In this document: positions 31,681 to 42,700 of the stretch, piece after piece
How the letters are laid out: each line of letters opens with the position of its first letter
Numbering within the stretch: the stretch's first letter is position 1
From: Clostridia bacterium
GTDB taxonomy: Bacteria; Bacillota; Clostridia; Christensenellales; DTU072
Reading direction: 5' to 3'
Length of the DNA stretch: 64,000 nt
Assembly: GCA_017403145.1 (NCBI GenBank)
Contig: JAFQOO010000008.1
Location: 102,064 to 166,063 of the forward strand
Notes under the pieces: model-generated
What the model saw: only the letters and a program-made list of their open reading frames with translations
Told to the model about the DNA's origin: nothing
Databases searched by the model: none
Translations under genes and position numbers: made by a program

Positions 31681-34545
31681 TTAAATTCCTTTTACAGCAA
31701 AGCTTACGCCATCAAGTATATTTTCATCGCCATATTCTTTTGCTGTAGAAACTCTAATGGTTACGACCTCCCCTGCTTCTACTGCAAATACGTCGTCAAC
31801 AAGCTCGGTATAAACGTCGTCTACAAATACAGTAATGGTTGCATCAATGTTAATAACTTGTATTGACATTGCTTCTAGTACAGTATAAGTGTAATAATAT
31901 TCGCTTACTCCGGGGTTGTCGATAGAAGTTCCTTCTATAAAGTCGGGAGTATTTATGGTTTGAGAGAATACCAAAGCAAAGGGGTTATCGCTTGTTCCGG
32001 TTGCAACTGCATCACCGGAGGTAAGGTCCAAAACCTCGGTTCCCCATCTAAGCTTAACGTCGCCTTGAGGAGCGGTAATCTTTATGCAAAGTCTAACGTC
32101 CAAGGATACTTGTAATACGCTTGCATTCTTGGTTGCATCGTATTCGCTTACAGCTCTAGGATTGGTAAAGTTATAGTTATCTAGGTTGTAGTTATAGCAA
32201 GCAAGGTTATAATTGCCGGCTACGAATACGTAGTAGAATGCGGGTGCTTGTTCGGTTAGGTTTCTGCTTGACCAAGTAGCTTCAATATATGCTTCGCCAC
32301 TTTCGGAAATGGATACAGCATAAGCAGGAGCATTGCTTTGTCCTTCGCTTGCCCAAAGATAAGGTAATTCTTGCGAGCCAACTCTTGATAGGCTAAGAGC
32401 ATAATAGGTTTCGTATTGCCACTTATCTGCGCCCTCTAATCCATCTGTATCATAATCTTGCATTGCAAAATATGAACCATCTGCATTTTCGTAGAATTTA
32501 ATATAATTTGCGGGTAGGTTCTTAATATCTGCTTTAATCAAGTGAATAGGATACTCTTGGATATTTTTAAAGGTTACGATACCATTTTCGCTAATAGCGC
32601 TTGCAACAATGTTTCCGTCATAAATGAGGTCTACTTCAATACCGGATGCGGTAAGGTCGTTTTCAAGACCAATGATTTCTTTAGTTATGTTTACAACGTA
32701 ATCGTAGTATGCGGGAGCATAGCTAATATTGAAGGTTGCTTGACCTTCCCCTATTACTGCAAAATTAATGGTGTCGCCCTTTGCAATAACCGCCTTGTTC
32801 GTTGCAACACCTTCTATTTCGAAGCTAACGTCGTTAGAAGAAGAAAGGGTTAAGGTTGCGGTAGAGTCGTCTGCTTCAAAGGTGTAATAATATTTACCAT
32901 TTACTAGGTTTACGGATACTTCTCCGTCAATTTCGGTTTCCTTAATTAGCTCGTTCGCTCCGCTTATTCCCTTTAGTTCAACGCTTGCGCCCCAGTAACC
33001 GAGGTTCTCGCGAGCCTCGATTAAAAGTATTTGGTCGCTTGCTCCTAGCCCTACCTTTACTTCACCATCATCTAGTTGATATTGGTTTTCTTCTTCGTCA
33101 ACAACAATAACGTCAGCACCATCTATAACTAAGGTTGCACCTTGAGGATTAACCACCTTGCAATAAATCTTTTCGTTTACGTTAAGAGAGGGAAGGGAAT
33201 TGAATCCATAAACCAAATCGATGGGAGCTTGTTCACTACCAAGAACCAAGTTATCGTTAATTAATATATTGTGATTGGTAACGCCGTTTTTCTCTATTTT
33301 ATAAAGCGGAGATGCAGCTTCTCCAACGTTTTCGGTTTTAACGAAATATACGTCATAGGGTATCATAGATAAAGAAGCAACACCGGTTGCATCAGTTTCT
33401 GCAGATGCAACTTCTTCAAAAAGGCGGTTATAGAAAACAACTCTTATTCCTTCTACGGAAAGAGTTTGATTAGTTCTATCAACGTTAACGGTATAATTAA
33501 CTTTGTTGAGGAAGGTAAAATTTATGAGCATATTGTTGCTCGTTAAGTCTTGTACGCCTTCTTCTCTATATCCCCAAACGTATCGAGGGTCGTTTTCTAC
33601 GTGCTTTGCTATTAGATAGTAATTGTAGATGGTATCGTTTCCTACTTTGTAGGAAATCTCCTTATAAATGGGAAAAGTTGCTTTACCATCTGCGCCCGTT
33701 ACAACAGTGGTTACAAGAGCATCGGTTTCTGCATCGTATACTTTAACTTCTATATCGCTAAAGTTCGAAAAAAAGCCACCGACTGTAACGGTGGCCATAT
33801 TGAGCTTAACTATTTCTATCGTAATAGTCTTATCGCTATCGAAATCGTCGTAGTGAGTGTAGTCGGTAGAGCCCGGAAGATTTAGCTTTTCGCCATCTTT
33901 GAGTGCATATCCATTGGGTGTTGCATTTATGGATACGTATGCGTTTTCTACACTATAGCCGGATATTGCATATGATGCTTGACCATTTACGTCGGTGAAA
34001 GGCTTGGTTGCCATACAAGTTTCGCCAAAGCAAAGTTGAACTTGTACGCCTTCTACTGCATCACCATTTTGGTCAACTACTTTGATTTGATAAATGTCCT
34101 TTTTAACCGCTGCGTTAGAAGTTAAAAGCTTACCTTCTTCAAAACGGAATATAGTTTGGTCGATATCGTATTCTTCGGGAACTTCCAATACTTCTACCAT
34201 AACCAGCATTGCTCCCTTACGTACTCTAAACACTACGGTTCCGTTTGCATCGGTGGTCTTAACCTCGTCATTGGTTCCGTTAACGTTAACCATTACGGAT
34301 GCGCCTTCAACAGGGTTTAGGTCGGTATCTCTAAGAATAAAGGTGTATTCCTCTTTACCATCGTCGGTGGTTGTATCTCCGACGTTATTATCGTTAGAGA
34401 TTTTTTCTCCGCAGTTATCACATTTGAAATCATTGTCTTCGTCTATGTGCTCGGTGCATTTGTCGTTACAAGCAAACAATGATATTGCCATAACAGCAAC
34501 GAGAGCGATAGTCAAAACCAACGTTAATATTCTTGATTTTTTCAT
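31681..34545 (-). CDS. Large surface lipoprotein: CHCC mini-domain plus prealbumin/Cna-B-like beta-sandwich repeats
   Basis: Signal peptide with lipobox LFAC. CNDKCTEHIDEDNDFKCDNCGE motif, then TDANGTVVF-type beta-sandwich modules. 954 aa. Confidence 0.75.
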   Translation of the reverse strand: MKKSRILTLVLTIALVAVMAISLFACNDKCTEHIDEDNDFKCDNCGEKISNDNNVGDTTTDDGKEEYTFILRDTDLNPVEGASVMVNVNGTNDEVKTTDANGTVVFRVRKGAMLVMVEVLEVPEEYDIDQTIFRFEEGKLLTSNAAVKKDIYQIKVVDQNGDAVEGVQVQLCFGETCMATKPFTDVNGQASYAISGYSVENAYVSINATPNGYALKDGEKLNLPGSTDYTHYDDFDSDKTITIEIVKLNMATVTVGGFFSNFSDIEVKVYDAETDALVTTVVTGADGKATFPIYKEISYKVGNDTIYNYYLIAKHVENDPRYVWGYREEGVQDLTSNNMLINFTFLNKVNYTVNVDRTNQTLSVEGIRVVFYNRLFEEVASAETDATGVASLSMIPYDVYFVKTENVGEAASPLYKIEKNGVTNHNILINDNLVLGSEQAPIDLVYGFNSLPSLNVNEKIYCKVVNPQGATLVIDGADVIVVDEEENQYQLDDGEVKVGLGASDQILLIEARENLGYWGASVELKGISGANELIKETEIDGEVSVNLVNGKYYYTFEADDSTATLTLSSSNDVSFEIEGVATNKAVIAKGDTINFAVIGEGQATFNISYAPAYYDYVVNITKEIIGLENDLTASGIEVDLIYDGNIVASAISENGIVTFKNIQEYPIHLIKADIKNLPANYIKFYENADGSYFAMQDYDTDGLEGADKWQYETYYALSLSRVGSQELPYLWASEGQSNAPAYAVSISESGEAYIEATWSSRNLTEQAPAFYYVFVAGNYNLACYNYNLDNYNFTNPRAVSEYDATKNASVLQVSLDVRLCIKITAPQGDVKLRWGTEVLDLTSGDAVATGTSDNPFALVFSQTINTPDFIEGTSIDNPGVSEYYYTYTVLEAMSIQVINIDATITVFVDDVYTELVDDVFAVEAGEVVTIRVSTAKEYGDENILDGVSFAVKGI

Positions 34546-34681
34546 ATTATTACTCCTACATATATGTTACGAATATAAATTTATTATAATATAAAAAGCC
34601 AACTTGTCAAGGCAATACCATAAAAAAGCCCAAAATTTACCTATTTGGTTTACTCTTTTTTCCCTTTTTGAAAAAAAGTCC

Positions 34682-35006
34682 TTTATGGATACCCTATAAG
34701 GGATTTTTAATTTAATACAAAAGTGTAGCCCACTATACTTCGCTTTAAGGCGAAATATGGTGGGCTTTTCTTATCCACAAAAGATTAAAATAATTTAGTT
34801 TTATTTTTAGCCTTGTGGCTAAAAGTGATATGCAAGACAAATCTTGCGTTATATTTTGGCTAACGCCAAAGTTATATTAAATAAATCCACAACTTGCCGT
34901 TAGGCAAATATAACTGTCGTTAGGCAATATAACTCGTCGTTAGACGAATATCACAAATCCGTTTAGGATTTATTTAGTTGCCGAATCCCTTGTAGGGACT
35001 CGGCTT
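34682..35006 (+). repeat. Copy 2 of the hairpin-rich intergenic element
   Basis: Same orientation as copy 1. The conserved 5' part (TTTATGGATACCCTATAAGGGATTTTTAATTTAATACAAAAGTGTAGCCCAC...) and 3' part (...GTTGCCGAATCCCTTGTAGGGACTCGGCTT) are present. The middle module is replaced by GCAAGA-caaa-TCTTGC. Confidence 0.75.
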
Positions 35007-35034
35007 TGGGGCTTTCTTCTATTTATTCTTGGTA

Positions 35035-36459
35035 TTAATCAATAGTACATAAGCAGAACATCCAAGCATACTCTTCTAGTACGCTAACCCCTGCCTTTTC
35101 GCCGAATATGTGTCTCTCGGTATCAAAGTCCCACCATTTGTTGACGGTACCATATTCTTGGATACCTTTAATCATTCCACTGGTTAGGTAATAGATACCT
35201 GCGGTCTCATGGGCTTTTTCTAAGCAAGCGAAAATGTGTTCTTGGTAGCTGTTCTTTTCTACGAAATTACCATCTTCGTCAAAGATGTATACGCCAAAGT
35301 GTCCGTTATTTGCAAGGGCTTCGAGAGTAAAATAATCTTTGGGCTCGTCGCCGGTTGCCGAGGGCATAGTTGTGGGAGTATGCTTAAGTTGGATATATAC
35401 TACTTTACCATCTTTGTTACCGAGGTGATATAATCCGTCGGTTTCGTTATAAACCAACTCGTGAGCTTGGGTGAGGTTAAAGTAGCTAAGGTCGCTTTCA
35501 GCAAGTTCTTCGGGAAGGTTGAGGTCGCCGGGGATATTTGCGGGATAGTAGTTCCAAGGTAGCTCTTCCAGAGAGATGGGAGCTTCCGCTATTTTCTTAA
35601 TCTTAAGAATACCATTCCCTGCGCTAACCTTAGATTTAACACCGAAAACGTAAGGGGTAGCTTCGCTTTCACCATGAGGAAGGTTCATAGCCCTAATGGT
35701 CATCTTTATTTGATTATCGGCAACGATATCCTCTTCATTAGCTAAATTTTGTTCGTATAATTGCAAAGGACCTCCGTTGTAGGTAAGATAAACGCCAAAG
35801 TTTGACTCGAAAGTGATACTATATATACCGGTTTTTTCTGCTACCCATACTATAGGAGTAATGGTAGTAGTGGTTGAACTCATTACAAAAGAGCCCTCTC
35901 CCTTTACAAAAGGAGCTTCCTTTACTTCTATGAAATCACATTCCATTAAGCCAACCTTTTCGTTAGAGGCAATTATAACACTTGCTTCTACTACTAGGTT
36001 TTTCTTGGTGGGAGTTACCTCTAGCTCGCCTTCGCCAAAGCTTAGTTTACGAGAAAGAGTATCCACAAGAACAACGTCGTATTTATCAAGAGCAAGTCTA
36101 GTATAAACGTAACCGTTTACATCGGTGGGTTGCATTGTAACTCTTTGTCCATCTTTATGGAACTCTACGATAACGTCGGCATAACCGCCACCGATACCAT
36201 TAGAAACGAATACCGAGTAGGTATGCTTACCATCGTTTAAAGGTTGGTCTTCACCACAAACGTCGCACTTTTCGTCTAGGTTTTTATCAACGTGAGTGCA
36301 TTGTGCAGGTGTTTCGGGCATACTTTCGCCACAAACGTCGCAAAGTTTATCACTATCGTTATCAACGTGTTCAGTGCACTTTTCGTTACAAGCAACCATA
36401 GCTATAACTAGAACGAGCACACACAAAATTACGCTAGCTATTTTTAGGTATTTTTTCAT
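35035..36459 (-). CDS. Surface lipoprotein with a duplicated CHCC mini-domain
   Basis: Lipobox MVAC. CNEKCTEHVDNDSDKLCDVCGE followed by CTHVDKNLDEKCDVCGE, then a TDVNGYVY beta-sandwich module. Confidence 0.75.
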   Translation of the reverse strand: MKKYLKIASVILCVLVLVIAMVACNEKCTEHVDNDSDKLCDVCGESMPETPAQCTHVDKNLDEKCDVCGEDQPLNDGKHTYSVFVSNGIGGGYADVIVEFHKDGQRVTMQPTDVNGYVYTRLALDKYDVVLVDTLSRKLSFGEGELEVTPTKKNLVVEASVIIASNEKVGLMECDFIEVKEAPFVKGEGSFVMSSTTTTITPIVWVAEKTGIYSITFESNFGVYLTYNGGPLQLYEQNLANEEDIVADNQIKMTIRAMNLPHGESEATPYVFGVKSKVSAGNGILKIKKIAEAPISLEELPWNYYPANIPGDLNLPEELAESDLSYFNLTQAHELVYNETDGLYHLGNKDGKVVYIQLKHTPTTMPSATGDEPKDYFTLEALANNGHFGVYIFDEDGNFVEKNSYQEHIFACLEKAHETAGIYYLTSGMIKGIQEYGTVNKWWDFDTERHIFGEKAGVSVLEEYAWMFCLCTID

Positions 36460-36526
36460 TTTACACTCCTACTTTAAGGGCGCTTTTTATAGCGCCCCTA
36501 TCGTTTATTTTTTAGTTTTGGGTATC

Positions 36527-39400
36527 TTATTCCCCTTGTTCAGCGCCTAAATACTCGAAATAGTAGCAAAGCTTGGTCCAAGAGTTTTCTATCCCGCTAA
36601 AGGAATATTTGTCGACAAGTTTTTGTAGTATACCGGCTAGTTCTTCGTTAACGGGAACGCAACCTGCTGCAAGACTGGCTTCGGAACCGTATTCACCGTC
36701 GGAGCTTATCATAGCATTTTCTGCGTACCATTGGATGCGGTCGCTATAGTCAATACCACCGGGAACGATATTGTCTTCTTCGTCCTTTCCGAAATTAAAT
36801 CCGCCAAGCTCCAAAATACCTGCAACGTGAACGTTTTTGTCTGCATCTTCATCGTAATAATCGTGCGATAGAATTGCTTTTTGCATAAAACCGGTGATAA
36901 CGGGTAGAGAGAAATCAACGTATATCTTGGAATCGCCTACGTAGTAGTATCCATCGTCCTTGAGAACGGGAATAGCTCCGCCTGCTACGGTGATGTAGTC
37001 GTCAACTTCCATACCGGTTGCGGGGTCAATCTTCTTGGGAGGTTCGCCCGTGGTTGGGTCGATATAGAAGGTGAAAGGTGCGGGAGAAGCATATCTAAAC
37101 ATAGTGTAGGTTTCGCCTAGATATTCTACCTTGAAGTTTACGGTACCGGTTTCGGTAGTATCATAGTAAGCAATATCAATAAAGTATTCTTTGCCTGCTT
37201 CAAAGTAATATACCATACATACGTTGTTCGAACCATATTCGATTTGTGTATAAACTTGGTCGTTGTTGGTATCAGTAAATCTTTCATAGTGGTCGGCAGT
37301 GTAAAGAGGATTCTTGGAATAAAAGGTTTCTTCATCAAGAATCCAACCATCTAGTTCCGAGGTACCATTAGATAGGATACGATATACACCACTTTGTTCG
37401 GGAGTAAATCCAAAGATTTTACCACGAGGCATTATAATAGTTTTATAAGTTACGGAGTTTGGATATTCGTTTAAGCCAACCTCGTCGTTAACGATAGTTT
37501 CATATGCGCTAAAGGGAGCAAGACCTGCGATGGGGTCTTCTAGTTGTTTGCTGGTTCCGTATGCATCATAATACTTGCAGAAACGTAGCCAACCCTTTTC
37601 GGTTGCATCACGAACACCACCGGGATAGTAAACGGTCATCTTGTCGAGTAGCCCTTTTAGCTCTGCGTTAACGGTGCAATATCCGCCGATTTCGGAGTTG
37701 GAGGAATAAGAGCAATAATTTTCAAAAGTGGGATAGTAATCAACGCCATCTATTTCGAAACCTTTTTCGAGGGCATATAGGTAAAGAGAGGTTCTTCCGG
37801 TACTCTTGTCGTCTAGAACGTAGTTCATCAAGTTTGCAAGTAGAAGAGGTCCGTTTGCATTACCTACGTGATAGTATCCATCTTGTTCGTTAAATACTGC
37901 TTCTACGTGGTTTTGGTATTCCGTATTCAAGTTAATGGGTGTCGAAACAGCGTTTCTTGGAATATAAGTTTCAACGTCTATTGCATCTTTGTTTACAACG
38001 GAAAGGTTCTTGATATAAACGGTATCATCACCATCGTCGGTGTCGAGGTCCTTGTTGTAAACAAAGCTTACTTTATAGGTTCCGTCTTGGGTTGCAACGT
38101 AGGGATAAAGGGTTTTCCAGGTGGGGTTTTCGTCTGCGCCGGAAATGGTGTAGATAACCTCTCCTTCAACTAGAACGTAGAAGTAGTCGCCACCACGTTC
38201 CGTTGAGCAAATATAATCAAGAGCAAGTGCTTGGTTTTGTTGTAAAGTTACGTCAACGTGCATAGCACTTACGCTACTATATCTATAGGCGTTAGAGGTT
38301 GCCATACATTGAGCTCCTTCTTTCTCGGAAAGAACGAAGGGCCAGTAGTACTCGGCATCTGCACTTTCGGTTTCGGGATAGTAGGTTACGTTACCAAGAC
38401 CATTACCGCTCATAACGGTTGCTACCTCTGTGCTGGAAGGTTGGCTTACGTTGGGAACCTCTCTGGGGGTTAGCTCGTCGATAGAGCTAAATAGTTTTTG
38501 TTGATAATCGTCTGCGCTAAAATACTCGAACATTTGAGTCCAAGGATATAGATAAGGCAAGGAACCGATTTCGATTAAGCAAATTACACCATACTTATCA
38601 ATCATTACGGAAGTGGGATAGCCCGTGCTAGAGAAAGCCCCATAAAGGTCGACGGTATGAACGCCCATTTGGATATTTTCTATACCATAGGTGTTTTGGA
38701 ATATTTGTACGTCGCTAAATGAATCACCATTGGTATCAACGGATATAACCGCGATATCTTCGTACATTCCCGCTGCTTGGTCAAGGTATGGGAACTCGGT
38801 TATACAAGGATTACAGGTGGTGTAGAAGAAGTTTAGAAGAACTGCATCGTGGGTCTTTAGAGCTTCGCTTAGCTTGAATACGTTTCCGTCGGTAGTGTTA
38901 ACGGTAAAGTCTTTCATAACGCTACCTACTTTGTAATTAGCGTGTGCGCCTTCCACTACTTCTGTTTGCAAAACGATATTTGCAACTTTGTCCGCATTAA
39001 AATAGTACTTGTCTTCTAGTACGTAACCATCGGGAAGGTTAGCGGGGCTTACTTCGATATAGTAATTGCCGGGAACAATCGCTTTGGTTGCTTGACCATT
39101 AGCATCGGTTGCCATCCATTCTACCATCGAACCGGTTGAAGCGTCGCGAACGTATGCGGTTAGGTCTTTTAGTCCGGCACCTGCTACGTTTTTAACGTTA
39201 ATGGTATAGGTTGCGGTTTGAGCATTGTTGTTGGAACCATCGTCGTTGTCGTCGTTGGACATCGTTTCGCCACAGTTGTCGCAAACAAGGTCTCCGTCGG
39301 CATCGGCGTGCTCGGTGCATTTGTCGTTACAAGCTACCGTCAATCCCGTTACTAACAACACGAGAACGAGAAGTATAGCTATAACCATCTTTTTTCTCAT
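36527..39400 (-). CDS. Large surface lipoprotein: CHCC mini-domain, beta-sandwich, and an embedded TlpA-like thioredoxin domain
   Basis: Lipobox TVAC. CNDKCTEHADADGDLVCDNCGE; TDANGQATKAIVPGNYYIEV; thioredoxin motif AVLLNFFYTTCNPCITEFPYL. Confidence 0.75.
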   Translation of the reverse strand: MRKKMVIAILLVLVLLVTGLTVACNDKCTEHADADGDLVCDNCGETMSNDDNDDGSNNNAQTATYTINVKNVAGAGLKDLTAYVRDASTGSMVEWMATDANGQATKAIVPGNYYIEVSPANLPDGYVLEDKYYFNADKVANIVLQTEVVEGAHANYKVGSVMKDFTVNTTDGNVFKLSEALKTHDAVLLNFFYTTCNPCITEFPYLDQAAGMYEDIAVISVDTNGDSFSDVQIFQNTYGIENIQMGVHTVDLYGAFSSTGYPTSVMIDKYGVICLIEIGSLPYLYPWTQMFEYFSADDYQQKLFSSIDELTPREVPNVSQPSSTEVATVMSGNGLGNVTYYPETESADAEYYWPFVLSEKEGAQCMATSNAYRYSSVSAMHVDVTLQQNQALALDYICSTERGGDYFYVLVEGEVIYTISGADENPTWKTLYPYVATQDGTYKVSFVYNKDLDTDDGDDTVYIKNLSVVNKDAIDVETYIPRNAVSTPINLNTEYQNHVEAVFNEQDGYYHVGNANGPLLLANLMNYVLDDKSTGRTSLYLYALEKGFEIDGVDYYPTFENYCSYSSNSEIGGYCTVNAELKGLLDKMTVYYPGGVRDATEKGWLRFCKYYDAYGTSKQLEDPIAGLAPFSAYETIVNDEVGLNEYPNSVTYKTIIMPRGKIFGFTPEQSGVYRILSNGTSELDGWILDEETFYSKNPLYTADHYERFTDTNNDQVYTQIEYGSNNVCMVYYFEAGKEYFIDIAYYDTTETGTVNFKVEYLGETYTMFRYASPAPFTFYIDPTTGEPPKKIDPATGMEVDDYITVAGGAIPVLKDDGYYYVGDSKIYVDFSLPVITGFMQKAILSHDYYDEDADKNVHVAGILELGGFNFGKDEEDNIVPGGIDYSDRIQWYAENAMISSDGEYGSEASLAAGCVPVNEELAGILQKLVDKYSFSGIENSWTKLCYYFEYLGAEQGE

Positions 39401-39709
39401 TGAGTTATCTCCTTTGTTTTTAACGCATTATATTGCAATCAAAAACACTTTTTGTTATACGGAGTTAATTTTACCACTTGCACAAAGAAAAAGCAATTAT
39501 TTTGGTATAATGCGCAAATATTCTCTATTTTTTACAATTTATAGAGTTTACTAAAAATTTACTCGCGTTATTTAATTTTTATTATTTAAATATTTATACT
39601 TAACTTGCGAAAAACACGCGTTTGTGGTATTATTGTACCAACTATACTTTAGTATGGTGCATTTTCGTGCAATAAATTAGGCGAAAGCCAAAAAACATAA
39701 GGAAGTCCT

Positions 39710-42700
39710 ATGAGTAGTAGTAAAACAAAAAGAATTTCACCCTATCTCTTAACCGCACTAACCGTGCTTATGGTTGCTTTGATGGCGTTTACTTGCGCTT
39801 GCAACCCTCAAGCAGAAGATTTGTCTAACAACGAAGACCTTTCTAGTGCAACCCCATATATCAAAGTTTTCGACAAAGAATTCAAGAACGTAAACCTTGA
39901 AGATTACTTTGATAATAACGTTATCCAACAACTCCCCACCACCGTTAAAGATAGCGATTATATCTCGGTTATCCTTTCCACTAGCGATAAAAACATACTC
40001 GATAGCTACGACAATGCGGAAAGCGACCTAACCCTACAAGAGTACTTTGCTACCGAAGAAGCCAGCGCAATTCGTCGTAACATCGATACCACCAACTCCG
40101 CTATTCTTAACGACCTTACCAAAAAGGGAATTTCCTACGATAAAGGGGTTGACTACTACACCCTTTTGAGTGGTAAAGAAATTGTTATAAAAGCAAAAGA
40201 TTTCTACGACGTATGCAATATCGTCGGCGACCGCGCAAACGTTATCGTTAGCGAAGTTTACGAAACCGAAGCTTACAAAAACGTGCTCGTTAACAACACT
40301 GTTAACGTATACGATACCGGTATCTTCAATAGTTCCGACTTCCCCTATCAAGGCGAAGGTACCGTCGTTGCAGTTCTAGATACCGGTCTTGACTACTACC
40401 ATACCGCATTCTCGACTGCCAACTTTACCGCAGACCGCGCAAAACTAGGTATGACTATCGACGACGTTGCAAGCGTTATTAACGGAACGGTTGCAAGCAC
40501 TATGCAATCGGGCCTTACCGCAAACGACGTTTATATTAGCGAAAAGGTTCCCTATGCGTTCGACTATGCTGACGGAGACTCCGACGTATATCCCTTGTAC
40601 TCCAACCACGGTACCCACGTTGCAGGCGTTATCGCCGGTAAAGACGACGTTATCACCGGCGTTGCTCCCGAAGCACAACTTGCTATTATGAAAATATTCA
40701 GCGACGTTGACGCTCAAGCAAGAGCTTCTTGGATTATCCGCGCTCTAGAAGACTGCGTTATTATCGACGTTGATATCATCAATATGAGTATCGGTACCAG
40801 CTGTGGCTTCAGTCGTGAAACCGATAAAGAAGCAGTTAGCGGTGTATACGATAAAATTCGCGCTCGCGGTATCAATATGGTTGTTGCCGCATCCAACTCT
40901 TTTAACTCCACCTATAACTCCGAAAAGAACGGTAACTTGGGACTAACTTCTAACCCCGACTCCGCTACCGTTTCTTCTCCCTCTACCTATAAAGGCGCAC
41001 TATCTATTGCCTCTATCAACGGTGCAAAGACTTCCTACATTCTTTACGAAGGACAAATTATCTATTTCGTAGAATCCACCAACCGCGTTGCGGAAGAAAA
41101 GAGCTTCGTTGACGATATCTTGGGAGAAGGCGAAGATGAAAAAACCGTTGAATACGTTACCATCCCCGGCGTTGGTAGAACCGCAGATTATACCGGCATT
41201 GACATAAAGGGTAAGGTAGCCCTTATCGCTCGTGGCTCCAACACCTTCGAAGAAAAAGCAAACGTTGCTCAAACTCAAGGGGCTTTGGGCGCTATCATTT
41301 ATAACAACGTTTCCGGTGATATCCGTATGAACGTTGGCGATACCACTATCGCAGTTTGCTCCATTTCCCAAGACGAAGGTGAACTCCTTGCTTCCAAGAG
41401 TAGCGGTACCATTACCATTTCCCGCTCGCAAGCAAGCGGTCCCTTTATGAGCGACTTTAGCTCTTGGGGCCCCTCTCCCGACCTAGAAATCAAGCCCGAA
41501 CTTACCGCACACGGTGGTAACATTCTAAGCTCTGTTCCCGGACAAGATTACGACGAAATTTCCGGCACCTCTATGGCTACCCCAAACGTAAGCGGTCTTA
41601 CCGCACTTATCCGTCAATACGTTAAAGAAAACTTTAGCGCTATTTCCGGCGACGACGTTCAAGTAGCCGCTATGGTTAACCGCCTACTAATGTCGACTGC
41701 CGACGTTGTTTACAACACCAACGGACTACCCTACTCCGTACGTAAACAAGGTGCAGGTCTTGCTAACGTCGTAGACGCAGCTTCCACCAAAGCAGTTATC
41801 TACACCTACAAGAACAGCGAGCTTATGGATAAGTCCAAAATAGAGCTTGGCGACGACCCTCTAAAAAAGGGTGTTTACGAGTTCTCTTTCGACGTTTATA
41901 ACTTTGGCACCACTTCTCTTTCTTACGACCTATCCGCTATCGTTATGACCGAAGGCGTTAGCGAAACCAAGACCAACCAAGGCGAAACGACCGTTACCGA
42001 AGACGGTTATATCCTAGAGGGTGCAAACGTAGCTATAAATCACGTAACCGGTGGCACTCTTAACGGTGCAAAGGTTAGCATCGAAGCAGGTAAAACCGCA
42101 ACCGTTACGATGACTATCACCCTAACCGACGAAAACAAAAAGTACCTTGACGAAAGCTTTAGAAACGGTATGTACGTTGAAGGCTTCGTTACCCTAAAAG
42201 GTCTAGAAGGTGCAACCGATATAGGCTTCCCCTATCTTGCTTTCTACGGCGACTGGACCGTTGCTCCTTTGTTCGACCTAGATTACTTTGCAACCAATAA
42301 AGATGAACTAGACGATAGCATCGACCTACTAGATAAAACTCTACCCGACGCATATGCAAGCCGTCCCGTTGGCGGTGTTTACGCTGACTACGTAAGCTTC
42401 CTCGGCACCTACTACTTTGAACAAAAGCCCGGTAGCACTATGATTAGCGCGGATAGAAAATATATCTCCCTTTCCAACACCGAGGGTACCATCAATAAAC
42501 TAAGCTATGCTTGGATGGGTATGCTTCGTAACGCAAGAGAAGTCGATGTTACTATCACCGACGACGCAACCGGCGAAGTAGTATTCTCCAAGACCGAAAA
42601 GGATATCCGTAAATCCTATGGCGATGGTGGTCCTATCTATCCCGCACAAGTTAAGATAGGCTTTACTCCCTCCGATTATAATCTACCCAACAACAGCACC

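Noticed and set aside
34094-34594. Long antisense ORFs inside large genes (for example 34094..34594, 2737..3228, 14237..14701, 54956..55423, 59967..60476, 41000..41431)
   Set aside because: These are shadow ORFs opposite well-supported genes. Their translations are low-complexity, with no RBS or motif. This is typical of low-stop reverse frames.
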